In this document: positions 18,293-26,998 of the stretch, in pieces
How the letters are laid out: the number at the start of each line of letters is the position of its first letter
Position numbering within the stretch: the first letter of the stretch is position 1
Assembly (NCBI GenBank): GCA_934246625.1
Contig: CAKQHZ010000001.1
Span: forward strand, 120,001-152,000
Source of the DNA: an uncultured Alphaproteobacteria bacterium
GTDB taxonomy: Bacteria > Pseudomonadota > Alphaproteobacteria > Rs-D84 > CACZYB01
Reading direction: 5' to 3'
Length of the DNA: 32,000 nucleotides
Position numbers and translations under genes: made by a program
The notes under the pieces: model-generated
Databases searched by the model: none
Seen by the model: the letters and a program-made list of their open reading frames with translations, nothing else
What the model was told of the DNA's origin: nothing

Positions 18293-20284
18293 TTATTTTT
18301 TTACACCAAAAGCACCATTTATTTTTACAAAATCTGTGGTGTTAATATCAAAAATTCCAACGGCCTCTTCTGGCTTACCAGCCTCTACTCCATAAAGTTT
18401 TCCTGAAAGATTTCCTGTAATACCACTTGATGGTGCAGTAATAAGAATATCTGAAGATTTTAGTGTATTATCAACAGACACAGTTGAACCAGTCAAAGAA
18501 AATCCAGATGTATTTTCAAGGTTTATGTCTGAAAAACTAAAGGTATACCATTTATCAAAATTAAGTGTTAACTTACCTTTTGCCTCTTGATTTAAAACTG
18601 ATAAAGTTGCAGTTCCGGATAAATCCTTTCTTACATCACCCTTTGTTGCAGAACCAAAAGTCTTTCCCTTAAATACAGTAGTTGTATTTATACCAGCGGT
18701 TGTTTGTTTTGTAAAATTTGTTTCAAATTGGTTAAAGCCAGTAAAGAAAGGTGTGTCAAAATAATAGTAATTGTTTTTAGCTTCGGTATCCTTTTTCGCA
18801 AGCAATAAATCCTTATCTCCTGTAAATGTAGTTGCACCCTTTATTGTCCATAAGCCAAAGTCAGAATAAGATAGTCCCAATGCTCTTCCACCAATTTTTA
18901 CAATATCTGTAATGGTGTTTTCCTTTGTAATATCAAAATTTGCAGATACCTTTGATAAAATAGATAAAGCTGTTTTGATATCATTTGTATTTGTAATTTT
19001 ATCACCAATAGCATAGCTTGTGCCAAACCAATTATTAAATAAATTCATTTCTTCTTGGGTTGGAGAAACGTTATATTGAATATTTTTAATTAAATTTTCT
19101 GCATACTTTCTTCGGGTTTGAACATCAAAACTTCCCCCTGCATTCAAATATGATTTAAGGTTTGGCAAAAATGTATATGATACTTGTGAAGATGTATAGT
19201 TTCCATCTTTCTTTTCCGCCATATAATAATTTGTGCCTATTTTAAAATCAGATGCCTTAAAAGCAACAGTTCGATTTTTTATATGATTTGTATCACTACT
19301 TAAATCTTTTAATGTAAGAATATAGTCTTTATTCACACTGTCATAAGAAAAGACAACAGCCTTATCTGAAGATGTGTCAGAAAATGATTTTGCCGTATAT
19401 GAATTATCACTTAATGTTGGAATTTTAACATAACCTTCAAGATTTTCAATCGCACTTAAAATATTTTTTTCAAGCAAATAATATTTCATTAAGGTTTCTA
19501 TTGTTAATGGAAAATCTGTAATAGAACTATCCACAACTTTTATTTTTGCAAGAAGGTCTGCTTTCTTTGATGTTAAATTTGAAGATGCCGTTGAAATTGC
19601 AGTTGAAAGTTCAGAATATAATGTATTAAATTGTGCTTCTATATTTGTAGTTGAAAGAGTATCTGTTTTCCCTAATGCCTTTTGAATAGCAGTTGCCCAA
19701 CCAAGAAGAGTTTGTTCAACATATTCTTTACGTGATAATTTAGAAAAATCAGCATACGTATTTGCGACAATAGAATTTAATCTTACCGCAAAACCATTTA
19801 TATCTTCAGTTGCACTATCTCTGTTTGTATATTTGCCATTATATTTCAATGGGACATAAGTGTCTTTAGACTTATTATACTTGGTTAATACAGGAAGATA
19901 GTTATTATTATATTCGTTAAGAGCATTTTGTAAATTTGTCTTTCGTGTTGCAATGGTTGATTTATCATCCAATACCTTTGATGCAATAGAAAAGTTTGAA
20001 TCACTTATTGTAATTTTATTTTCAGATGTTGCTTTTGCATTATATTTTTCAAACGCACTTTTTATTTTTGCTTTATTTGCTGTTTTTAAATTTGTGGCAA
20101 ATTTATTTGTATCAATAAATGTTTTAGACACCGAAGATGATGAAGAGGAACCTGAAGAACCTGATGAACCAGAAGGTCTTGGGGTATGTGTAGCAGATGG
20201 AGAAGAACTTCCATTACCACTTGAACAATTTGCCAAACAAAGAATTGCATTTAATAATGTAATGTATTTAAAAGTGTTGTTCAT
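18293..20284 (-). CDS. surface lipoprotein with C-terminal TbpB/fHbp-like beta-barrel signature
   Basis: Lipobox LCLANC followed by a Ser/Gly-rich linker. The C-terminus GKLYGVEAGKPEEAVGIFD....INGAFGVKK resembles the terminal strands of TbpB/HpuA/fHbp-type barrels. Confidence 0.5.
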   Translation of the reverse strand: MNNTFKYITLLNAILCLANCSSGNGSSSPSATHTPRPSGSSGSSGSSSSSSVSKTFIDTNKFATNLKTANKAKIKSAFEKYNAKATSENKITISDSNFSIASKVLDDKSTIATRKTNLQNALNEYNNNYLPVLTKYNKSKDTYVPLKYNGKYTNRDSATEDINGFAVRLNSIVANTYADFSKLSRKEYVEQTLLGWATAIQKALGKTDTLSTTNIEAQFNTLYSELSTAISTASSNLTSKKADLLAKIKVVDSSITDFPLTIETLMKYYLLEKNILSAIENLEGYVKIPTLSDNSYTAKSFSDTSSDKAVVFSYDSVNKDYILTLKDLSSDTNHIKNRTVAFKASDFKIGTNYYMAEKKDGNYTSSQVSYTFLPNLKSYLNAGGSFDVQTRRKYAENLIKNIQYNVSPTQEEMNLFNNWFGTSYAIGDKITNTNDIKTALSILSKVSANFDITKENTITDIVKIGGRALGLSYSDFGLWTIKGATTFTGDKDLLLAKKDTEAKNNYYYFDTPFFTGFNQFETNFTKQTTAGINTTTVFKGKTFGSATKGDVRKDLSGTATLSVLNQEAKGKLTLNFDKWYTFSFSDINLENTSGFSLTGSTVSVDNTLKSSDILITAPSSGITGNLSGKLYGVEAGKPEEAVGIFDINTTDFVKINGAFGVKK

Positions 20285-20466
20285 TTTACTCTCCCCAAAG
20301 ATTAAATTCTCATTTTCTTATATTATTAAATAAATACGAAATGTCAACAGGTTATAGGATTATAAGGAAATATTATAGAAATCCGTAGAAAGCCTTAACT
20401 ATCCTGTTTTGGTATATTTAATAATAAATTGTAGCCTTTATATGTAAATTAACTTAGGGGGCTGTG

Positions 20467-20712
20467 ATGACAAAATCAATCTTTACAAATAATTATCAAC
20501 TGCTATTACAACTTTTAGTTACAGCAAGGAAAAAATCTGGAATTACTCAACAACAACTTGCTAAAAAATTAGGGAAAAACCAATCATATATTTCAAAATA
20601 TGAAAATGCTGAAAGAAGACTTGATATAATTGAAGTAATTGCAATTTCAAAGGCTATCAATTTTAATCCTGTGGAACTTATGAATGATATTTTAAAGGGT
20701 TGGAAAGAATAA
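20467..20712 (+). CDS. XRE-family helix-turn-helix transcriptional regulator
   Basis: 81 aa. ITQQQLAKKLGKNQSYISKYENAERRLD is a classic Cro/C1-type HTH. aggggg RBS. Confidence 0.85.
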   Translation: MTKSIFTNNYQLLLQLLVTARKKSGITQQQLAKKLGKNQSYISKYENAERRLDIIEVIAISKAINFNPVELMNDILKGWKE

Positions 20713-20732
20713 CACAATTTTTATTTAAAATT

Positions 20733-20767
20733 TAACCCATAGCAAATGTTATGGGTTATTTTATTTT
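20733..20767 (+). terminator. intrinsic terminator after the XRE gene
   Basis: Hairpin taacccat...atgggtta followed by attttattttt. Confidence 0.7.
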
Positions 20768-20844
20768 TGGTGAACCCGGGCGGAATTGAACCGCCGACCT
20801 ACAGCTTAGGAGGCTGTCGCTCTATCCTGCTGAGCTACGAGTTC
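20768..20844 (-). tRNA. tRNA-Arg (anticodon CCU), CCA encoded
   Basis: Folded by hand: acceptor gaactcg/cgggttc, D stem gctc/gagc, anticodon stem acagc/gctgt with loop ctCCTaa, T arm ggcgg-ttcaatt-ccgcc, discriminator A, and CCA. Confidence 0.93.
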
Positions 20845-20883
20845 ATATTTATATAAAATATCAAAAATCAACTTTTTTTCAAT

Positions 20884-20908
20884 AAAAAAATCCTCAATCG
20901 AGGATTTT
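20884..20908 (-). terminator. intrinsic terminator after the 452-aa lipoprotein gene
   Basis: Hairpin atcctc-aatc-gaggat. On the minus strand it is followed by a U run. Confidence 0.75.
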
Positions 20909-20910
20909 AT

Positions 20911-22269
20911 TTATACATATTGTTTTGAGTTGGTTGTTATTATTAACTTTACTATATCAACCTTTGTATCCGCATCTTTTATTAAAAGTATTTTTATTAG
21001 GTTGTCATACAAAGTTTTACTGCCTTTAAATTTTTCAATATTTCCCTTCAATGAAGTGTCATCAATAATAAAACTATCTTCGTTTAATATTGTTCCAGTT
21101 GTTATAAAGTTTTTGACATTTATACCTGAAATATTTGTGCCACCTGTTGCTTCAGTTCCCAATGTTATATCAGCAGGTGTATATTTAACAATAGTTGCAT
21201 TGTTTAACTTCACATTATCTGCGGTTAAAAATTTCATTGATAAAGGCAATGCCCCATCAAAAGTCAAATTACCTGTAGATGTAATATTATCAAAATTTAT
21301 ATCTGTTAAATCTGTATCCTTTTGAAAATGAACATTGTTTAGTTTTGCAAAATTAAAGCTAAGTGGCTTAGTTGCATCTTGGATAAAATCATTTGCATAA
21401 ATATTGGCATTTGAAATATTCATTTTAAAGCCACGAAGTTGACGTTGTCTTAGCTCTTCCAATGAAAGATTATCGACTTTGTCATTTGGTGCCAAAGAAT
21501 ATGCCTCTGATGTAAATGAAATATTTTTATCTTCGTTTTCACGAGAATACAAAGCCTCTATTCCACTTATATTGCCTGATAATTGAACCTTATCAATAGT
21601 TGCATTTGCAAAAAGATTATTGTTTAGTAAATATGTAAGTTTTTCATAATCTGTAGTTAATTTGTCAGACAAATATTCATCATCAATACCAAGCAACATT
21701 TTATTTGTTGGAGTTTGTGTAGTAATACCCTTAATTGTAAATTCAGATTTTGAAATTCTTTCATAAAACTTATTTATATCAAAGACTTCGTTATTTTTAC
21801 CACTGGAAATTTTTATGTATTCAAAACTTCCATTACTTTTGTTTGTTGATGTGATGTTTACAACAGTCAATCTTTTATAGATATCATTTAAAACTGATGG
21901 AGTAATATCATCAAATGAAACTTCGTCTTTGGAAGGATAAACATCAAAGAAAATTTCCAAGTCATTAGATGTATATCGCCTTTCAAAATTTTCTGGGAAA
22001 TAAATTGTTGATGCAAAAAATTTTTTTAATTCTGAATAATTTGCATATCCTTTAAATCCAGTAATTTCATTTATATTGTCAACGGATTTTGAAAAATCAA
22101 TACCAGCTTTTTCCTTAAAATCAGACCAAGTGGCAATACCATTTTCTTCCACAACTTCGATTTTAGTTTCATTTGAATTGTTATCAGAATCTACTGCTTG
22201 GTCGCATGAAATTAACATAGTGCCAAGAAGTAATAATGATAAAATTTTTGCTGTTATTTTCTTTTTCAT
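20911..22269 (-). CDS. putative lipoprotein (452 aa), repeat-like Asn/Ile/Thr-rich C-terminal half
   Basis: Signal peptide with lipobox LISC. agagg RBS. The start lies 10 nt after the upstream LysM gene stop, so it is probably co-transcribed. Confidence 0.6.
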   Translation of the reverse strand: MKKKITAKILSLLLLGTMLISCDQAVDSDNNSNETKIEVVEENGIATWSDFKEKAGIDFSKSVDNINEITGFKGYANYSELKKFFASTIYFPENFERRYTSNDLEIFFDVYPSKDEVSFDDITPSVLNDIYKRLTVVNITSTNKSNGSFEYIKISSGKNNEVFDINKFYERISKSEFTIKGITTQTPTNKMLLGIDDEYLSDKLTTDYEKLTYLLNNNLFANATIDKVQLSGNISGIEALYSRENEDKNISFTSEAYSLAPNDKVDNLSLEELRQRQLRGFKMNISNANIYANDFIQDATKPLSFNFAKLNNVHFQKDTDLTDINFDNITSTGNLTFDGALPLSMKFLTADNVKLNNATIVKYTPADITLGTEATGGTNISGINVKNFITTGTILNEDSFIIDDTSLKGNIEKFKGSKTLYDNLIKILLIKDADTKVDIVKLIITTNSKQYV

Positions 22270-22279
22270 TTTATGCCTC

Positions 22280-23788
22280 TTATCTTGATTTTGCTAAATA
22301 AGTCATAAATATATTTTCAGAAGGGTATTCTGTATCCTTTTTATTATCAACTGATTCTGGTTCAATTTCTGGTGCTGGAATTTCAATTGGTGCAACCTCT
22401 TCTGGTTCATCAATTTCAAATACTGGGTCAACAGAATCTGTTGTATCGTTATCATTGAAACCATCATCTTCGATTGGTTGGTCTTCGATTGGTTTATCAG
22501 CCCATGATTGCATAATTTCAACTTTTTTATCTTCCTCAATTATATCTTCTGATGGAATTTCATAATTATTGTTGTCAAGGATTATAGGCTCTACATCATC
22601 AATAATTTCTGTATCAGTATAAGGTTCAACTTCAGTTTCAAGAACTGTTGGTTCAACGAATTCTTTTACACTTTGTTCTGGTTCTGAAACAACTTCCTTA
22701 ACTGGTTCATCAAAAACTTTTACTTCTTCAACTTTTGTTTCTGAAGTCTTGTCATCACTTACTGATTGTGGTTCAGATGGTTTTGAAAGGTTTGAAATTA
22801 AGTTTAAAACTTCGTCCTTTGAAATTTTATTTTCCTTAACATCATTTAATGCGTTTTCAATAGAAACTAGCTTGCTATAAATTTCATCGAATTTTGCATT
22901 TTGTGAATTAAAGTCATTTTCAAGTGATGAAATTTGTGAATGGATTGTATCAATTTCAGTTTGTGAAAATGATGGTGCAATTTGTTCAGCATCGATATTA
23001 GAAGTTTTTTCTTGTTTTACTTCGTTAATTTCATTTTTCAAAGATGCAACATCTTTTTTGATTTCTAAAATATCTGTTTTATTTTCAGAAATTGTTTCAT
23101 TTATTTGTGAAATGTTAGCTTTGTTTTCAGAAACAGCAGTATTTGTTGCTTCTGTTTTTTCTGATAATGTTTGTATATCAGATTTATTTTGTGAAACATC
23201 ATTTGCAATTTCGTTTGTTTGAGATTTTACAACCTCAATTTCATTTGTATTGTTTTTTACATTTTCCTTTAGTGAAGAAAATTCTTTTGTATCAAATGTG
23301 TTTATTTGTTGAGCAAGATTTTTTGCAGGGCGATTTTGTTCCCTTATATTATAACTCAATGCAATTTCATTTAATTCATCAACAGATGGAAGAGAGATAA
23401 CTTCACCTGAAACAATTTTATCAACATTTTGAATGTTATTGTATTTTGCAAGAGACATTAAAAGTTTGTAATCATATTTGCCATATTTAGAATGAACGAT
23501 TTCAGATAATGTATCCCCACTTTTTATAACATATTGCATAGAAGTAAGTTCATTTATTTTTTGCATAATTGCATCTGCATCATCTTCTAAATAATCATTT
23601 TTTGTATTTTGAGATTTAACATTGTTATATAAAGAAGTAATTTGTGCTTGTAAGTCTTTGTTTTGCTTAGATACTTTATATAAACCATAACCTGTTATAG
23701 AATTTGATGTTAATAATGCCCCTAAAATAATCGCAAAAATAATATTTTTTCTTTTTTCTTTTTGAGCTTTAGTTATTCTTTTAACCAT
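22280..23788 (-). CDS. membrane-anchored LysM-domain protein with coiled-coil middle region and acidic C-terminal tail
   Basis: N-terminal TM segment IIFAIILGALLT. LysM motif YVIKSGDTLSEIV....N.....I..G..I..P. Long heptad-like N/E/K/S region, then a D/E/P-rich tail. Confidence 0.7.
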   Translation of the reverse strand: MVKRITKAQKEKRKNIIFAIILGALLTSNSITGYGLYKVSKQNKDLQAQITSLYNNVKSQNTKNDYLEDDADAIMQKINELTSMQYVIKSGDTLSEIVHSKYGKYDYKLLMSLAKYNNIQNVDKIVSGEVISLPSVDELNEIALSYNIREQNRPAKNLAQQINTFDTKEFSSLKENVKNNTNEIEVVKSQTNEIANDVSQNKSDIQTLSEKTEATNTAVSENKANISQINETISENKTDILEIKKDVASLKNEINEVKQEKTSNIDAEQIAPSFSQTEIDTIHSQISSLENDFNSQNAKFDEIYSKLVSIENALNDVKENKISKDEVLNLISNLSKPSEPQSVSDDKTSETKVEEVKVFDEPVKEVVSEPEQSVKEFVEPTVLETEVEPYTDTEIIDDVEPIILDNNNYEIPSEDIIEEDKKVEIMQSWADKPIEDQPIEDDGFNDNDTTDSVDPVFEIDEPEEVAPIEIPAPEIEPESVDNKKDTEYPSENIFMTYLAKSR

Positions 23789-23930
23789 ATTTATACCTCT
23801 TGTATTAAAATTTTCTTCATTATAAACAAATTATTTCTGTTTTGTCAATAATTATTTGTCAAAAAATAATGCTAGAAAATTTTTACAATATAATATAAAT
23901 TATTTTATTATTAAAATGAAAGGTCAAATT

Positions 23931-24326
23931 ATGTCTCAAGATAAGAAAATTAAAACTATTTTGATAGCTATCGTCCTTGTTTTGGTAGCTGTATTTATTT
24001 CTATAAGCAAAACTGCTCGTGGTAATGATAAGGCTGAAATGCTTTTATTTTATGCTCCTACTTGCCCTCATTGTCATAAAGCGATGGAATTTTTGGATAA
24101 AATAGAATCAAAATACCCAAATTTGAAAATTACAAAATATAATACTTCTACACGAACAGGTGCAAACTATTATATGTATTATAAGAAAAAATTAAATTTT
24201 GAAGGCAACGGTGTGCCTGTGGCTGTGTTCGGTGATAAATATGAACTTGGCTTTGGAAGTGAAGAAAATTCTGGAAAAATATATACACAATATATTGAAG
24301 AATTATTAAAATCTTCTGAAAAATAA
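23931..24326 (+). CDS. membrane-anchored thioredoxin-fold thiol:disulfide oxidoreductase (CPHC active site)
   Basis: TM anchor ILIAIVLVLVAVFI, then FYAPTCPHCHKA. The TTG at 23856 in the ORF track is an unlikely start. The ATG at 23931 follows a gaaagg RBS. Confidence 0.65.
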   Translation: MSQDKKIKTILIAIVLVLVAVFISISKTARGNDKAEMLLFYAPTCPHCHKAMEFLDKIESKYPNLKITKYNTSTRTGANYYMYYKKKLNFEGNGVPVAVFGDKYELGFGSEENSGKIYTQYIEELLKSSEK

Positions 24327-24332
24327 AATTAT

Positions 24333-24357
24333 TCTCCTAGAAATAGGAGATTTTTTT
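24333..24357 (+). terminator. intrinsic terminator
   Basis: Hairpin tctccta-gaaa-taggaga followed by a 7-nt T run. Confidence 0.8.
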
Positions 24358-24385
24358 ATAACATTATTATAAACAGGATAAATTT

Positions 24386-25312
24386 ATGAAAAAAACATTG
24401 ATAAACATTTTATGTGCCTTTATTCCAGTAAAGAAATATAGGAAAAAAGCAAGAATATACCTTATAAACCATCTTATAACATTTTCAACAAAACAATATA
24501 TACTTAATATTGACTATTTCTTAAAAACTTATTTCCAGCAAAATAAAATTACTGCATCTGGAAATCTTCGTGAATTTCAACTTGCAACATTAAAGATTTT
24601 GAAGGAAGTTGATAGAGTTTGCAAGGAAGCAAACATCACATATTGGATTGATTATGGAACTTTGCTTGGTGCAATAAGAAATGGCGGTTTTATCCCTTGG
24701 GATGACGATATTGATATTTCTATGATGCGAGAAGATTACAAAACATTCAAAGAAGTATTTCAAAAGCATTGTAAAAATGGTTATTATGCTGAATTTATAA
24801 CGACAAAGGGGAAATGCCATTTTTTGAAAATAAAACATCATGATGTGCCATCTATATCACTTGATATATTCCCCTATGATACATTGCCAGCAAAATTATC
24901 ATTAGATGAAAATATAAGATTTTCACATTCTTTGGATAAGTTATCCAGATATTTGAAAAAGAAAAATTTGGTTAGTGATAAGGACGAATACACAGATGTT
25001 TTTGAAAAATATCAAAGTAAAATGTTAATCAAAAATATTCAACCAAATAATGGGAAAAGTGTATTTATTGGAAGTGATTATCGTCAGGGAACTCCTTTCC
25101 TTGTATTCGATTACGAATCAATGTTTCCACTTACAACAGTGGAATTTGAAGGTGAAAAATTCCCTGCTCCTTGTGATTGGGATAAGCATTTAACATTTCT
25201 TTACAGGGACTATATGGTATATCCTCAAACTTTAGATGTGCATACAAATATTGCCTCCTTAAGTTTAGCAGATATTTTAAGTATCAAAGACTTTATAAAC
25301 AAAAAACCTTAA
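24386..25312 (+). CDS. licD: LicD-family phosphotransferase (phosphocholine / phospho-alditol transferase family)
   Basis: YWIDYGTLLGAIRNGGFIPWDDDIDISM matches the LicD nucleotidyltransferase-fold core (DxD). Confidence 0.75.
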   Translation: MKKTLINILCAFIPVKKYRKKARIYLINHLITFSTKQYILNIDYFLKTYFQQNKITASGNLREFQLATLKILKEVDRVCKEANITYWIDYGTLLGAIRNGGFIPWDDDIDISMMREDYKTFKEVFQKHCKNGYYAEFITTKGKCHFLKIKHHDVPSISLDIFPYDTLPAKLSLDENIRFSHSLDKLSRYLKKKNLVSDKDEYTDVFEKYQSKMLIKNIQPNNGKSVFIGSDYRQGTPFLVFDYESMFPLTTVEFEGEKFPAPCDWDKHLTFLYRDYMVYPQTLDVHTNIASLSLADILSIKDFINKKP

Positions 25313-25367
25313 AAAAATCGGTTTTAACATATTGTTTATTTGATATAAATTTTATTTATTTTATGTA

Positions 25368-25395
25368 TTGACAAAAATATATTATTGTTTATAAT
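25368..25395 (+). promoter_or_regulatory. consensus sigma70 promoter (TTGACA-16 nt-TATAAT)
   Basis: Both hexamers are perfect (25368-25373 and 25390-25395). The site lies about 30 nt upstream of the ATG at 25427. Confidence 0.6.
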
Positions 25396-25426
25396 ACCTT
25401 ATAAAAAAGAATTTAGGCAATAAAAA

Positions 25427-26998
25427 ATGAATAAAAATTTAAAGAATAAACAACATAAAAACAATAAGATACTTTTTGCAATTCTATTTTCTACTATATT
25501 AGTTAGTGGTGCAAAGGCAAGTATTCTAACAAATACAAATAACTTTTCACATATCGAAAAGCAAAATATTACTTCAACTTCATTTTATGATTTTGCAATC
25601 AAAGATAAGGTTAAGGATATTTTTGATAATATTGAAGATAAGAAAATTGATTTATCAAATTATACTCCATCACCATTTGAAATACAGGGAAGATTTGAAA
25701 CAAATTGGAATGTAAATAATTATTGGAACGGAAATGACAATGGTGGTGTGGCCGTTGGTCCATTTCAAATACATTCTCGATATATGCTTGTTCCTTTTTT
25801 TGAATATCTAAAGGAAAATAACACCTATTATTTTGATTTATTAAATGCAAATGGTGGTGTAAAAGCTATACGTCATAATGATGCAAATATGAAAAAATTC
25901 TTTTGTGAGCTTTGTCAAAAAGATAAGGAATTTGTTAAACTTCAAGCCCAATTTATTGATAAAAATAACTTTCAACCAAGACTTAAGGTTTTGAAAAATC
26001 AATATGGACTTGATATTTCAAAAAGAAGTAAATCTATTGAGGGATTATTCAGAACTATGTCTGCAAACATAGGTTGGAAAACAAATTATGTTGTTGAAGA
26101 AATGATAAGGGAAATTGGTGCCGAACAATTAAACCATATCTCGGATAAGGAATTTATTGAAGTTCTTCATAACTCTCTTACAAAAGTTTTAAATGAAAAA
26201 ATTCAAAAAAGGTTTAGAGCTCATTTGCTTTCTGCTTATGATGCAACAATCAAAAATGATGTTATACCAAACCTTTATAAACCTATGTTAACAAAAACTG
26301 AAAAATCATATCAAGAATATCAAAACAGAAATCAAAAGGCAAAAAGTGTTATAGCATCTTTGCAAATGTTTTTTGATGCAGATTTTATAAAAATGGAACA
26401 AAATAATTTTATAAAAATCATTTCAGAAGATACATCTGCTAACTTTGTGAAATCAAAAAAGATTATTATGCAATCAATTACAAAGCATATGACTCAAAAT
26501 TACAAATTTGATATTGCAAAAAATAAAACTGTTGCAGAAAAGAAAAAGCAATCTGTAAAAATCGTTAAACAAGATATATTTGTAAAAAATGATGACGATG
26601 TAAATACAGATACTCCTATTTTCGAACAAAAAAAGGAAGCTCTTCCACCAAAGAAAAATGATATAATCACAGTTGAAAGTGTTATTGCGAAAAACCAAAA
26701 CCCAAGACCTTCTTTGCTTAGAAAAGCTGAAATTATTCGTATGAATGAACTTCTTGAAAATGCGGTAAATATTATGAACGGCAAAAATGAAAAGATTTCA
26801 AAAAAGACTATTGAAACAACAAATCATACATCAACAATACATCAAACAAAAAAATCTTTGTATGCCGAAAAACGTGCAAATGAACTTAATGTCGAAAATA
26901 TAATTACAAAGGCGAAATCAAGAAAAGATAATGGGGCAATAAAACCTCAAAATGACTTTTCTGCTTTATTAAAAGAAGCCTCAAGTTATATTATTTAA
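25427..26998 (+). CDS. secreted protein, N-terminal lysozyme-like (GH108-like E...D-x-G-G) candidate domain, K/N-rich C-terminal half
   Basis: Signal peptide ILFAILFSTILVSGAKA. FETNWNVNNYWNGNDNGGVAVGPFQI resembles the Glu ... D-x-G-G-x-[TA]-x-x-G pattern of phage-type muramidases. The assignment is tentative. Confidence 0.35.
   Translation: MNKNLKNKQHKNNKILFAILFSTILVSGAKASILTNTNNFSHIEKQNITSTSFYDFAIKDKVKDIFDNIEDKKIDLSNYTPSPFEIQGRFETNWNVNNYWNGNDNGGVAVGPFQIHSRYMLVPFFEYLKENNTYYFDLLNANGGVKAIRHNDANMKKFFCELCQKDKEFVKLQAQFIDKNNFQPRLKVLKNQYGLDISKRSKSIEGLFRTMSANIGWKTNYVVEEMIREIGAEQLNHISDKEFIEVLHNSLTKVLNEKIQKRFRAHLLSAYDATIKNDVIPNLYKPMLTKTEKSYQEYQNRNQKAKSVIASLQMFFDADFIKMEQNNFIKIISEDTSANFVKSKKIIMQSITKHMTQNYKFDIAKNKTVAEKKKQSVKIVKQDIFVKNDDDVNTDTPIFEQKKEALPPKKNDIITVESVIAKNQNPRPSLLRKAEIIRMNELLENAVNIMNGKNEKISKKTIETTNHTSTIHQTKKSLYAEKRANELNVENIITKAKSRKDNGAIKPQNDFSALLKEASSYII

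Noticed and set aside
20125-20225. The Ser/Gly-rich tract (SGSSGSSGSSSSSS) in the lipoprotein linker as a possible phase-variable simple sequence repeat.
   Set aside because: The DNA uses mixed codons (tca, tct, tcc, tcg, ggt, gga). There is no perfect homopolymer or short tandem repeat capable of slipped-strand mispairing.
20340-20463. Possible operator or Fur box in the divergent promoter region between the TbpB-like lipoprotein and XRE genes (imperfect repeats ttatagga/ttataagga and ggatt...aatcc).
   Set aside because: Only short, imperfect AT-rich repeats are present. There is no convincing match to the 19-bp Fur consensus or to a clean palindrome, and they cannot be distinguished from background by eye.
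20285-20844. A genomic island integrated at tRNA-Arg.
   Set aside because: No integrase, excisionase or direct repeat of the tRNA 3' end could be found by eye within the window. It is kept only as a low-weight comment in a finding.
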